A DNA stretch of 36,877 bases from an uncultured Bacilli bacterium (GCA_947588865.1 CANPYQ010000001.1:1-36877), one strand, 5' to 3'. Counted from the first letter of the stretch, positions 24,998 to 34,770 are shown. The notes: a model not told the origin generated them from the sequence alone. Made by a program: numbers and translations.

Positions 24998-27091
24998 ATG
25001 AAATTAAGATTTAGAGCTGATTCTAGGGATATGTTAATATTTTGTATATTTGCATTTGTTTGGTTAATTGTTGTTGCATTTGCAGTGTCAAATGTTTCAC
25101 AATTTTTAAATGGGGAGTCTTTAACAATTAATTTATTTTTGGCATTTTTACCTAGGAATTTGGCTACAACTATAGTATTCTTTTTTGCAGGTTTAGTAGC
25201 TATTTTTGCTGGAGTTAAGTCCATCTTTTTGGAAAAAGAAGATGATGCAACTGGAATAGGTATATCTATAGGGCAAAAGAAGGAAAAAAATTATGCTAGA
25301 TGGGCAAAAGAAAAAGAAGTACAAAATGGATTAGATGTAAAAGCTGTAGATCCACTTGCTCCAAAATCAGATGCTGCAGGTATTCCACTAATTATGAATC
25401 CAAAAAAGGTATGGGTTGACAATGGTGGGTATCATAATCTAGTTATAGGATCTACAGGTGCAGGTAAAACTCAAACAACTGTTTTGCCAATGGTTAATTT
25501 ACTTGCCAAGCATGATGAGTCTATGATAATAACAGACCCTAAAGGTGAAATATATGAAAACACTTCTAATTATTTAAAAAGTTTAGGATATAATATAGTT
25601 TTATTAAATTTTCGTGATCCACAACAAGGTAATGCCTGGAATCCAATGTATTTACCTTATTCGTTATATAAAGATGGAAATATAGACAAATCTGTTGAGT
25701 TGCTTGAAGATCTTGCTGCAAATATCCTTCATGATCCTAGTGCTAAAGGACAAGATCCATTCTGGGAAAATACTTCCGCGGATTATTTTGCAGGACTTGC
25801 ATGTGCACTTTTTGAGGATGCTGATCCGTCAGAGATAAATTTAAATAGTATTAGTTTAATGACTACTGTTGGTGAAGAAAAATTAGCAAATACTACATAT
25901 GTAAAAGATTATTTCAGTTATAAAGATCCAGGAGGAACTGCATATACAAAAGCATCTTCTACTTTAATGGCTCCGAGTGAAACAAAAGGTAGTATTTTAT
26001 CTGTATTTAAACAAAAAATACAATTATTTGCATCACGTGCTAATCTTTCTGAAATGTTATCTAATAATGATTTTGATATGCGTGATATAGGGAGAAAAAA
26101 AACAGCTGTATTTATCGTTATACAAGATGAAAAAACTACATATCATTCTTTGGTAACTATATTTTTAAAACAGTGCTATGAAACATTGATTTCAGTAGCG
26201 CAAGAATCAGGTGGAAAACTACCTCATAGGACAAACTTTATATTGGATGAGTTTGCCAATATGCCTCCTTTGAAGGACGTTACAACAATGGTAACAGCTG
26301 CTCGTTCAAGAAATATAAGATTTACCTTTATAATACAAAACTTTGCTCAACTTTATGAAGTATATGGGAAAGAAAATGGTGAAACTATTAAGGGTAACTG
26401 TGGTAATATTGTTTATCTGATAAGTACAGAACTTTCAGCACTTGAAGAAATTAGTAAGATGTGTGGAGAAGTTAAATCAAAAGAAAAAGAGAAGACATCA
26501 TCAACACCACTTGTTACAGTAAGTGATTTACAAAGATTAAGTCAGTGGGAAACAATTATTTTAAGACTTAGAACAATGCCTTTTAAAACTAAATTAACTC
26601 CAAATTATCAAATGAATTGGGGCCACAGTTTTCCTAAGGCAACATATCCATTAAGAGAAAAATGTCCAGTAAAAACATTTGACATAAAAGCTTTTGTTAA
26701 TAAAAAAAGAGAAGAAAAGATTAATAATATGCTAGGTGGAGAACCTAAAAATGGTTTTGAAAATATGTCAATGCCTTTCGCACCAGCTCCTTCATTTAAT
26801 CCATTTCAAGATATGCAAAAATCTTCTAATGTAGGGGGATTTAATGTTGACGATTTAGTTAAAAGAATAGATGCTAAAATAGCCGAATTAGAGGAAGAAG
26901 AAAGACAAGAAAAGGCTAAATCAGAATCAAATCAAAATACTTCTGTTAAAGACGCTAAAATTGAACAGAATATAAGTAGTAGTAACGATACAAACAAAAT
27001 TGATGAAAATAAAAAATATGAACAAGAAAAAATTGATAAAAATGGAATTACAGATGATCAGTTCTTTGATGACTTTTTTGCAGATGAATAA
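24998..27091 (+). CDS. VirD4/TraG-family type IV coupling protein
   Basis: The ORF track starts at GTG 24989. I prefer ATG 24998, 5 nt after AGGTGA. Two N-terminal TM segments, Walker A GSTGAGKTQT, Walker B NFILDEFANM, RSRNIRFTFIIQNFAQL, and an acidic C-terminal tail. Confidence 0.9.
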   Translation: MKLRFRADSRDMLIFCIFAFVWLIVVAFAVSNVSQFLNGESLTINLFLAFLPRNLATTIVFFFAGLVAIFAGVKSIFLEKEDDATGIGISIGQKKEKNYARWAKEKEVQNGLDVKAVDPLAPKSDAAGIPLIMNPKKVWVDNGGYHNLVIGSTGAGKTQTTVLPMVNLLAKHDESMIITDPKGEIYENTSNYLKSLGYNIVLLNFRDPQQGNAWNPMYLPYSLYKDGNIDKSVELLEDLAANILHDPSAKGQDPFWENTSADYFAGLACALFEDADPSEINLNSISLMTTVGEEKLANTTYVKDYFSYKDPGGTAYTKASSTLMAPSETKGSILSVFKQKIQLFASRANLSEMLSNNDFDMRDIGRKKTAVFIVIQDEKTTYHSLVTIFLKQCYETLISVAQESGGKLPHRTNFILDEFANMPPLKDVTTMVTAARSRNIRFTFIIQNFAQLYEVYGKENGETIKGNCGNIVYLISTELSALEEISKMCGEVKSKEKEKTSSTPLVTVSDLQRLSQWETIILRLRTMPFKTKLTPNYQMNWGHSFPKATYPLREKCPVKTFDIKAFVNKKREEKINNMLGGEPKNGFENMSMPFAPAPSFNPFQDMQKSSNVGGFNVDDLVKRIDAKIAELEEEERQEKAKSESNQNTSVKDAKIEQNISSSNDTNKIDENKKYEQEKIDKNGITDDQFFDDFFADE

Positions 27092-27101
27092 TTTATAAAT
27101 T

Positions 27102-27137
27102 AAAAGTTCTTTAGATACTTATATTTAAAGGACTTTT
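27102..27137 (+). terminator. Hairpin terminator at the end of the T4SS operon
   Basis: aaaagttcttta (27102-27113) pairs with taaaggactttt (27126-27137), 11 of 12 positions, around a 12-nt loop. The downstream T-run is weak. Confidence 0.45.
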
Positions 27138-27262
27138 GCTTTAAATTTGACTTTATTTATATTATTAAATAACCCACAAATAAAGATGATTTTTTTCAAA
27201 TGAGTAAACTTTTAAACTTTATAAAAAATTAATACATACATATATTGTATTAGGGTGGTTAT

Positions 27263-27550
27263 ATGATAAACAGTATTTCTGTATCTGAACTGAAGAAATT
27301 AAATAATATAAATTTAATTGATATAAGGAGTATAGAAAAATATAATAGTAGACATATTTTAAATGCAATAAATATACCTATGGAACAATTACTTATAAAT
27401 TCAAATAAATATTTAAATAAGAATGAAAAATATTATATTTATTGTCAGAAAGGAATGCAAAGTAGGAAATTATGTCAAATATTACAAAATAATGGTTATA
27501 ATGTTGTTAATGTAACTGGTGGATATGAGGCATGGATTTTAAATGAATAA
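27263..27550 (+). CDS. Single-domain rhodanese-like sulfurtransferase
   Basis: 95 aa. Active-site loop YCQKGMQSRKL, C-terminal GGYEAW. RBS GGGTGG. Confidence 0.85.
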   Translation: MINSISVSELKKLNNINLIDIRSIEKYNSRHILNAINIPMEQLLINSNKYLNKNEKYYIYCQKGMQSRKLCQILQNNGYNVVNVTGGYEAWILNE

Positions 27551-27606
27551 GATATTAATTTATCTTATTTTTTTATTTTCATGATATAATATATATGGTG
27601 ATAGTA

Positions 27607-28671
27607 ATGGAATATATAATATTAAGTCTATTAATAATAATACTAATATTAATTATTATAATGTTTAGTAAAAAAAATAATAGTATGGAAGAAAAAATTA
27701 ATAAGTTACAAATAAGTATGATTAAAGAAATAGGTGAGTTTAAAAATGATTTTTCTAGGAGCCTTACAAGTGATTTTAATAATCAAACAGAAAGACTCGA
27801 TAATAGATTAAGACTTATTAATGATAAAGTAAATGAAAGATTAGATGAAAATTTTGAGAAAACTAATAAAACATTTACAAATGTTTTAGAGCGACTATCT
27901 AAAATAGATGAAGCTCAAAAGAAAATAGATACTATATCCGGAGATATAATATCACTTCAGGGAGTACTGACTGATAAAAAGACAAGGGGTATATATGGCG
28001 AGGTAAATCTTGAGCATATTTTATCAAATGTATTTGGAAAAAATAATACTAAAATATTTCAAATGCAATATAGTTTTAATAACGGAACTATTGCAGATGC
28101 TGTTTTATTTACACCTGAACCCTTAGGTTTAATTGCTATAGACTCAAAGTTTCCTTTAGAGAACTATCAAATAATGGTAGATAAAAATAATAGTGTAGCT
28201 ATTCGCAACCAAGCTGAAAAAATGTTTAAAACAGATATGAAAAAACATATTGATGCAATAAGTAGTAAATATATAATACCTGGAATTACCAGTGATCAGG
28301 CGATATTATTTTTGCCAGCTGAGGCAATATTTGCTGAAGTAAATGCTTACCATACAGATATATTAGAATATGCATACAAAAAAAGGGTATGGATAACGAG
28401 TCCTACTACTTTAATTAGTACTTTAACAACTATACAAATTATAATTAAAAATATTGAAAGGGATAAGTTTGCTAAAGTAATTCATAGTGAATTAAGATTA
28501 TTAGATGAAGAATTTAAAAGATATAAAGACAGATGGGATAAACTTTATAGAAGTATAGAAACTGTAAGCAAAGATGTAAAAGATATACATACAACAACTA
28601 CTAAAATTACGAATAGATTTAATAGTATAAATCAAGTGGAGATGAAAAATTTAGATGATGAGGAAAATTAA
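27607..28671 (+). CDS. rmuC: DNA recombination protein RmuC
   Basis: The ORF track starts at ATG 27595. ATG 27607 follows GGTGA at better spacing. N-terminal TM segment, coiled coil, KTRGIYGEVNLEHILSNVFG and the FLPAEAIF motifs typical of RmuC. Confidence 0.85.
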   Translation: MEYIILSLLIIILILIIIMFSKKNNSMEEKINKLQISMIKEIGEFKNDFSRSLTSDFNNQTERLDNRLRLINDKVNERLDENFEKTNKTFTNVLERLSKIDEAQKKIDTISGDIISLQGVLTDKKTRGIYGEVNLEHILSNVFGKNNTKIFQMQYSFNNGTIADAVLFTPEPLGLIAIDSKFPLENYQIMVDKNNSVAIRNQAEKMFKTDMKKHIDAISSKYIIPGITSDQAILFLPAEAIFAEVNAYHTDILEYAYKKRVWITSPTTLISTLTTIQIIIKNIERDKFAKVIHSELRLLDEEFKRYKDRWDKLYRSIETVSKDVKDIHTTTTKITNRFNSINQVEMKNLDDEEN

Positions 28672-29245
28672 CATATTTTTAATATTAGTATCAATTATAG
28701 GTAGTTTATATTTTGTTATTACAAAAGATACTAATATAATTTTTGTTCTTAAAGATATTTCTATAATATTTACAATAAATTTACTTTATATAATAAAAGG
28801 AATATTTAAAATAAAAATAAATGATGGGATAAATTTTATTTATATATTATTTATATTTATGTCACATTTTTTAGGTGTAACCTGTGAACTTTATGGGCAA
28901 ATTTTTTGGTATGATAAATTTATACATTTTTTATCTGGAATTATAACCAGTTTTATTGCAATTTATATACTTGAAAAAGTAAAAAATAGACATAATTTAT
29001 TATTCAATATACTATTTATAATTGCTTTTTCACTTATGGTAGCATCACTTTGGGAAATATTTGAATATTTATCAAGTTATTATTTTAATGTTGATCCACA
29101 AAGAGTTGCTTTAACTGGTGTAAGCGATACCATGAAAGATATTATTGTTGCATTTTTAGGCTCAATATTAATATCCTTAAGTTATTACTTTGAGAATACG
29201 GAAGGTTACCAATTATTAACAAAAAAATTTATAAATCAATTATAA
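28655..29245 (+). CDS. Integral membrane protein (YjdF/DUF2238-like pattern)
   Basis: 5-6 hydrophobic helices. DKFIHFLSGI, LWEIFEY and DTMKDIIVAFLG. It overlaps the rmuC end by 17 nt. Confidence 0.6.
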   Translation: MMRKINIFLILVSIIGSLYFVITKDTNIIFVLKDISIIFTINLLYIIKGIFKIKINDGINFIYILFIFMSHFLGVTCELYGQIFWYDKFIHFLSGIITSFIAIYILEKVKNRHNLLFNILFIIAFSLMVASLWEIFEYLSSYYFNVDPQRVALTGVSDTMKDIIVAFLGSILISLSYYFENTEGYQLLTKKFINQL

Positions 29246-29304
29246 AATAATTAAAAAAAATAACAAAGTATGATATACTATATGTAATAGGTGAGGGAAT
29301 ATAT

Positions 29305-30297
29305 ATGGAATTAAAAGAAAATTATTATGAACTTTTAGGATTAATGCCTAAATTTAATTTTGATGTTTCTGATTTAAATTATGTAAAAAGTTTAACTTCA
29401 GATCAGATATTCGATATAACAAATAAAGCATATTTACAAGCAAAAACAGCAGAAGAAAAGAGAAAAATACGTGAGATATATGATATTTTGTCAGATCCAA
29501 AATCTAAGAAATTATATGACTCTGAGTTAGAAAAACAATTAAGCAGAAATATATATTCTGACTCTTCATTATATAAAAAACAAAAAGCAAGAATGGAAGC
29601 ATCTAAATTTGGAAAAAGGATAGCCAGTTCAAGTGTATATGTACTTAATTCTGGATTAGGATTACTGGCTAAAGCTGGAAGGAAAATAAAATTGATTATG
29701 ACTCCTCCAAAATTAAGGGTGGAAGATGTAACTACTAGTGAAAGTGATTTAATAACATTTTATAATAAAAAACTTGAAGCACAGATAAATGAATTATTAA
29801 ATAATCCAAATAATAATTATAATTTAAAAATTGCTTATTTGAAATATAAAAATCAAGTAGAGTTGATAAAACAGTTAATAGCTAAAAAAGAAAATGAAAA
29901 AATTTCAAAAGTAGAATCAGTAATTCATTCATTAGAACTCAAAGCTTTATATACTAAGTTAAATAGAGCTCAATCTTTTTTAGATGTTACATCAAAAAAA
30001 TTAGTTCAATATAATAAATCTTCTAAGCTAACTAAAATATATAAAAAGATTACGGAAACAGAATTAAAAATAGACAAATTAAAGGATAAAAATTATTCAA
30101 AACAAGCAATAAATAGATTAGAGTTAAAAATGAGTAAATTACTTTCTAGTAGAGAAAAGCAAGTAAAAAGGTATAAATTATATAATAATTTTAAATATAA
30201 ATTACAAGATGGTGCGTTAAACATTTATGATATGTCTAGTACATTTATTAAAAATGTAATAAATCCATCAACAGAAGGTTTTATAAAAATGCGTTAA
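29305..30297 (+). CDS. J-domain-like protein lacking the HPD motif, with a long coiled-coil C-terminus
   Basis: NYYELLGL...IREIYDILSDPKSKKLYD frames a J-domain-like fold, but no HPD tripeptide lies between the two motifs. The rest is Lys-rich coiled coil. Confidence 0.6.
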   Translation: MELKENYYELLGLMPKFNFDVSDLNYVKSLTSDQIFDITNKAYLQAKTAEEKRKIREIYDILSDPKSKKLYDSELEKQLSRNIYSDSSLYKKQKARMEASKFGKRIASSSVYVLNSGLGLLAKAGRKIKLIMTPPKLRVEDVTTSESDLITFYNKKLEAQINELLNNPNNNYNLKIAYLKYKNQVELIKQLIAKKENEKISKVESVIHSLELKALYTKLNRAQSFLDVTSKKLVQYNKSSKLTKIYKKITETELKIDKLKDKNYSKQAINRLELKMSKLLSSREKQVKRYKLYNNFKYKLQDGALNIYDMSSTFIKNVINPSTEGFIKMR

Positions 30298-30336
30298 CAA
30301 AAATATTTATAAATATTTTTGTATAAGGAGGTATCC

Positions 30337-31419
30337 ATGAAAAGAATTAGTGTTATGATCATATTTACGATGTTATTATTTATAAATATAGGTAAAATTA
30401 GTGCTGCTACTTGCGAATATAATCTAACTAGAAATAATGATCTCTCAAGTTCCGGTAAAGGTATTTTACATATAACGACAGCACGAGATGATCAAGGTAA
30501 ACTTACTATATCATATGAACATGAGAAACAGGGAGATCTTTATAATGTTTCTGATTTTTATTTAAATTCTAAAATGCTAACTGATGATAATCAATGCTTT
30601 GGTTCTATTACTCTTTGTACATTGAGCAATGGTCAAATGGGAATATTTGCATCTACAATGGATCCTAATGTATTAGATGAAAATGGCTCTTTTGAATATG
30701 ATATTGGCGATAAAGGACTTGATTGGTTTTGGGAATTTATTTCGAATAAGAGTGAGGTTTGTTATACAGTCGATGTATCTAAAATGACAATTAAAAATGA
30801 AAATGGTGAAGATGAAGAAATTGATGTATCAGATGCATCCAATAATGATGTTAATTTTGTATATTCATGTTCTAAATTTGAAGAAATGTATTCTGATATA
30901 GCACACTCATATAATGACTATGGTAATTGTAGTGGTAACAAAGCATCGGTTTCTAGTTGTAGAAGTAATGCATTATCCGAGGTAAATAGAAAATCAGATA
31001 ATTTAAAAAATGTTTGTAGAAATATAACTCAAAATCAGGGTTATAATGCAACGGATTCTTGTATACAGTCGTGTTTACATGTTAATAATTCTATACAAAA
31101 ATTAAGGGATTTATATATAAAAACGCATCAATCTGTAATTTCAAATGATTGTTCATTTTCAGATAGATTGATTATTTGGATTAGAAATATATTCAATTGG
31201 GTAAAATATATAATACCAACAGTTGTAATAATTTTAGGTATTATTGATTTTATTAGAGCTATTGCATCTGAAAAAGATGATGAAATGAAAAAAGCTCAAT
31301 CAAGGTTTGTAAAAAGGTTGATATCAGCAGCACTTATCTTTATAGTACCTTTTGTATTAGTATTTATATTAGATAAAATGGGATTTACCCCAGATGCATG
31401 TGGGATTATGGATTTATAA
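30337..31419 (+). CDS. Cys-rich secreted ectodomain fused to a C-terminal VirB2/TrbC-like two-TM module (paralog E)
   Basis: The ORF track starts at 30319. I prefer ATG 30337 after GGAGG. Signal peptide MKRISVMIIFTMLLFINIGKISA. An ectodomain of about 280 aa with 11 Cys. The C-terminus IIPTVVIILGIIDFIRAIASEKDDEMKKAQSRFVKRLISAALIFIV matches the TM1-loop-TM2 core of the genes at 12318-15185. Confidence 0.75.
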   Translation: MKRISVMIIFTMLLFINIGKISAATCEYNLTRNNDLSSSGKGILHITTARDDQGKLTISYEHEKQGDLYNVSDFYLNSKMLTDDNQCFGSITLCTLSNGQMGIFASTMDPNVLDENGSFEYDIGDKGLDWFWEFISNKSEVCYTVDVSKMTIKNENGEDEEIDVSDASNNDVNFVYSCSKFEEMYSDIAHSYNDYGNCSGNKASVSSCRSNALSEVNRKSDNLKNVCRNITQNQGYNATDSCIQSCLHVNNSIQKLRDLYIKTHQSVISNDCSFSDRLIIWIRNIFNWVKYIIPTVVIILGIIDFIRAIASEKDDEMKKAQSRFVKRLISAALIFIVPFVLVFILDKMGFTPDACGIMDL

Positions 31420-31517
31420 TTCCTTTTCTTTACATATTTTTACGAATATTTAATACAAATATATTAAATTACTTGAAAGTGAATGATAAAATAAATTATA
31501 ATATAATTGGTGATAAT

Positions 31518-33608
31518 ATGGAAGAAAAAATTATCAAAATATTGAGCGAAGAAAATAAAGCATTTGATGTATATGAAATAGAAAATAAATTAAATTTTAA
31601 TAGTGTAGATCAATTAAAAGAGTTATTAAAGACATTAAATAAATTAGAGGAAGAATATAAAATTTATAGAACTAAAAAAGATAAATATATGTTATTTGAT
31701 AATAGCAATCTAAAAATAGGAAAATTACTTTCCACTAAAAAGGGATATGGATTTGTTGATATCGAAGGTGATGAGGATGTATTTATTAAAGAGGACAACC
31801 TTAATGGAGCTATAAATAATGATGAAGTAATAGTTGAAATAACCTCTAAAAAAGGTCTTAAATTAGAGGGAAGAATAGTTAGAATAGTGGAAAGAAAGTT
31901 AAAACAATTTGTCGGTAAAGTATATTTTAAAAATAATAAATGTCTAATTGATCTAGATGATAAAAAAGTTAATATTAACATTATAGTTGATTCTGATAAA
32001 ACTTTGGGAGCAGTAAGTGGGCATAAAGTTGTCGTTAGACTTTTAAATAAAATTGATAATACTAATTATAAAGGTGTTATAGTAAAAATATTAGGTCATG
32101 TAGATGATCCTGGTGTTGATATTTTAAGTATAGCAGCAAAATATGAGATAGAAGATGAATTCCCTAAAGATGTTTTAGAACAGTTAAAGAATATCCCTGA
32201 TCATGTACTCGATACTGAATATAATGGAAGGGTTGATCTAAGAAATCAAATGATTTTTACTATAGATGGTGATGATACAAAAGATATTGATGATGCTGTT
32301 TCTATAGAAAAATTAGAAAATGGTAATTATAAGCTTGGGGTTCATATAGCTGATGTTAGCTATTATGTAAAAGAAAATACTCCTTTAGATAATGAAGCAT
32401 TTAAAAGAGGAACAAGTGTATATCTTGCTAATACAGTAATACCAATGCTTCCACACCAACTTTCTAATGGAATTTGTTCTCTTAATCCAAATGTAGATAG
32501 GCTTGCTATTAGCTGTGTTATGGAAATAGATTTAACTGGTGAAATAGTTGAATATGATATTTTTGAAAGTGTTATTAAATCTAATATACAAATGACTTAT
32601 AATAAAGTTAATAGTATTTTAGAAGATAATATAATTCCACAGGGATATGAAAAATATGCTGATAGCTTAAAACTTATGAGTGAACTTGCTGATATTCTTA
32701 GAAAAAATAAAATAAAAAAAGGTTATATAGATTTTGCGATAGATGAGGCTAAAATTATAACAGATGAAAATGGTGAAGCAATTGATGTTGTATTAAGAAA
32801 TCGTGGTAAAGGTGAAAATTTGATTGAAGATTTTATGATTGCCGCTAATGAAACAGTAGCTCGTCATATAACATATATGGAATATCCATTTATATATCGT
32901 GTTCATGGGGAACCAAACGAAGAAAAAATTAATAATTTTTTAAACTTCGTACATTTGCTTGGACATAATGTAAAAAGACCTAAAAAAATTACTCCTAAGT
33001 CTATGCAAGAATTACTTGATGAATTAAAAGATGTTAAACAGTATCCAATACTATCTTCATTACTTTTAAGAAGTATGCAAAAAGCAATATATGATAAAAA
33101 TAATATAGGACATTTTGGACTTGCAAGTAAATGCTATACTCATTTTACATCACCAATTAGAAGGTATCCAGATACAACTGTACATAGACTTCTTAGAGCT
33201 TATATGTTTAACAGTAATTTAAATAAAGAAACAGTAAATTATTGGGATGAAAGGTTAGTAAATATTGCGCAACATACATCAGAACGTGAACGTGCATCTA
33301 TTGAATGTGAGCGAGAAGTAGATGATATGAAAATGGCGGAATATATGGAAAAACATATAGGAGAAGAGTTTAATGGCATAGTATCTGGTGTAGTAAGTTT
33401 CGGTATGTTTGTTGAATTATCTAATAAAATAGAGGGATTAGTTAGGATAGATGATTTAACTGATGATTATTATATGTATGATGAATCTACATTCTCACTT
33501 ATAGGAAATAATAATAAAAGAGGATATAGATTAGGTGATGAAGTTAAAGTAATAGTTAAAAGTGCGAGTAAATTAAATCATACTATTGATTTTACTATAA
33601 AGAGATAG
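31518..33608 (+). CDS. rnr: Ribonuclease R
   Basis: The ORF track starts at 31398. I prefer ATG 31518 after GGTGA. RNB motifs FTIDGDDTKDIDDAVS and HFGLASKCYTHFTSPIRRYPD, and a C-terminal S1 domain GIVSGVVSFGMFVEL. Confidence 0.92.
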   Translation: MEEKIIKILSEENKAFDVYEIENKLNFNSVDQLKELLKTLNKLEEEYKIYRTKKDKYMLFDNSNLKIGKLLSTKKGYGFVDIEGDEDVFIKEDNLNGAINNDEVIVEITSKKGLKLEGRIVRIVERKLKQFVGKVYFKNNKCLIDLDDKKVNINIIVDSDKTLGAVSGHKVVVRLLNKIDNTNYKGVIVKILGHVDDPGVDILSIAAKYEIEDEFPKDVLEQLKNIPDHVLDTEYNGRVDLRNQMIFTIDGDDTKDIDDAVSIEKLENGNYKLGVHIADVSYYVKENTPLDNEAFKRGTSVYLANTVIPMLPHQLSNGICSLNPNVDRLAISCVMEIDLTGEIVEYDIFESVIKSNIQMTYNKVNSILEDNIIPQGYEKYADSLKLMSELADILRKNKIKKGYIDFAIDEAKIITDENGEAIDVVLRNRGKGENLIEDFMIAANETVARHITYMEYPFIYRVHGEPNEEKINNFLNFVHLLGHNVKRPKKITPKSMQELLDELKDVKQYPILSSLLLRSMQKAIYDKNNIGHFGLASKCYTHFTSPIRRYPDTTVHRLLRAYMFNSNLNKETVNYWDERLVNIAQHTSERERASIECEREVDDMKMAEYMEKHIGEEFNGIVSGVVSFGMFVELSNKIEGLVRIDDLTDDYYMYDESTFSLIGNNNKRGYRLGDEVKVIVKSASKLNHTIDFTIKR

Positions 33609-33625
33609 ACTTTATCTCTTTTTTG
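33599..33625 (+). terminator. Rho-independent terminator after rnr
   Basis: aaagagata (33599-33607) pairs with tatctcttt (33613-33621) around a 5-nt loop, running into a T-run ending at 33624. Confidence 0.55.
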
Positions 33626-33649
33626 TTTTATAATATTGATGGTGGTATG

Positions 33650-34768
33650 ATGAAAAGAAGACTAAAAAAAGGTGTTTATATATTTGTTTTTATAATTATA
33701 TTTTTAATCATATGTACAGTAATGTTAATTAAATGTGAAAATAAAAATAATATTGATAAAAATAAAGAAAAAGTTAATCAACCTGTAAATAATGGAGAAA
33801 AAGAATTTCCAAGCGAAAAGAAAATGTCTTTAATAGCTGTAGGTGATGTGTTAATACACGAAAGTGTATATAAAGATGCTTTAAAAAGTGACGGAACTTA
33901 TGATTTTCATAAAATGTTTACAGAAATAGAACCTATACTAAAAAATTATGATTTAAAATTTTGTAATCAAGAATCAATTATTGGTGGAACTGCTTTAGGT
34001 ATAAGTGGATATCCAAGTTTTAATTCTCCAGATGAAATAGGGGATGAAATCGTAAATCTAGGATTTAATTTAATAAGTTTAGCTAATAATCATGCAACAG
34101 ATAAAGGTGAAGATGCAATTCTTTATTCTAATAGTTATTGGAAAACTAAAAATGTTATAACAGCGGGCTCATATTCTAATATGGAGGATAGAAATAAAGT
34201 TAGAATATATGAAAAAAATGGAATAAAATATGCATTCTTTGCTTATACGACAGTTTTAAATGGCACATTAAATAAAGAATATTTAGTAAATAGATATAGT
34301 GCTGAAAAGGTAAAAGAAGATATAGAAAAAGTAAAAGATGATGTGGATGTAATAATTGTTTCGATGCACTGGGGAGAAGAATACACAAATACACCGACAG
34401 AATCCCAGCGTCAAATAGCTGAATATTTATCTAGTTTAGGTGTGAATCTTATAATAGGTCACCATTCACATGTTGTCGAACCAGTTACTTATGTAGGTGA
34501 TACATTAGTTATATATTCTTTAGGTAATTTTATATCAAATCAATTATCAGTTGGACTTAATCAAGGAATTGGCTTAATGGTAGGAATGGATATAGTAGTT
34601 AATGATGGTAAGGTAACATTTGAAAATATATATAAAGAATTAATACTTTCATACGCGGAAAACAGTACAAATTTTAAAGTTATACCATTTTCCAAATTAA
34701 ATAATGATTTATTAAATAATTATGAAAATATAAATAAAGAGTATATAAGTATTGTAAATGGAGGTTAA
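33650..34768 (+). CDS. CapA-family (poly-gamma-glutamate synthesis / metallophosphatase-like) membrane-anchored protein, copy 1
   Basis: The ORF track starts at TTG 33623. I prefer ATG 33647 or 33650 (MKRRLKKG, parallel to MKKRRVKKG in copy 2). Motifs AVGDVLIHE, SLANNHATDKG, MHWGEEY, GHHSHVVEP and SLGNFIS. Confidence 0.85.
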   Translation: MKRRLKKGVYIFVFIIIFLIICTVMLIKCENKNNIDKNKEKVNQPVNNGEKEFPSEKKMSLIAVGDVLIHESVYKDALKSDGTYDFHKMFTEIEPILKNYDLKFCNQESIIGGTALGISGYPSFNSPDEIGDEIVNLGFNLISLANNHATDKGEDAILYSNSYWKTKNVITAGSYSNMEDRNKVRIYEKNGIKYAFFAYTTVLNGTLNKEYLVNRYSAEKVKEDIEKVKDDVDVIIVSMHWGEEYTNTPTESQRQIAEYLSSLGVNLIIGHHSHVVEPVTYVGDTLVIYSLGNFISNQLSVGLNQGIGLMVGMDIVVNDGKVTFENIYKELILSYAENSTNFKVIPFSKLNNDLLNNYENINKEYISIVNGG

Positions 34769-34770
34769 TT

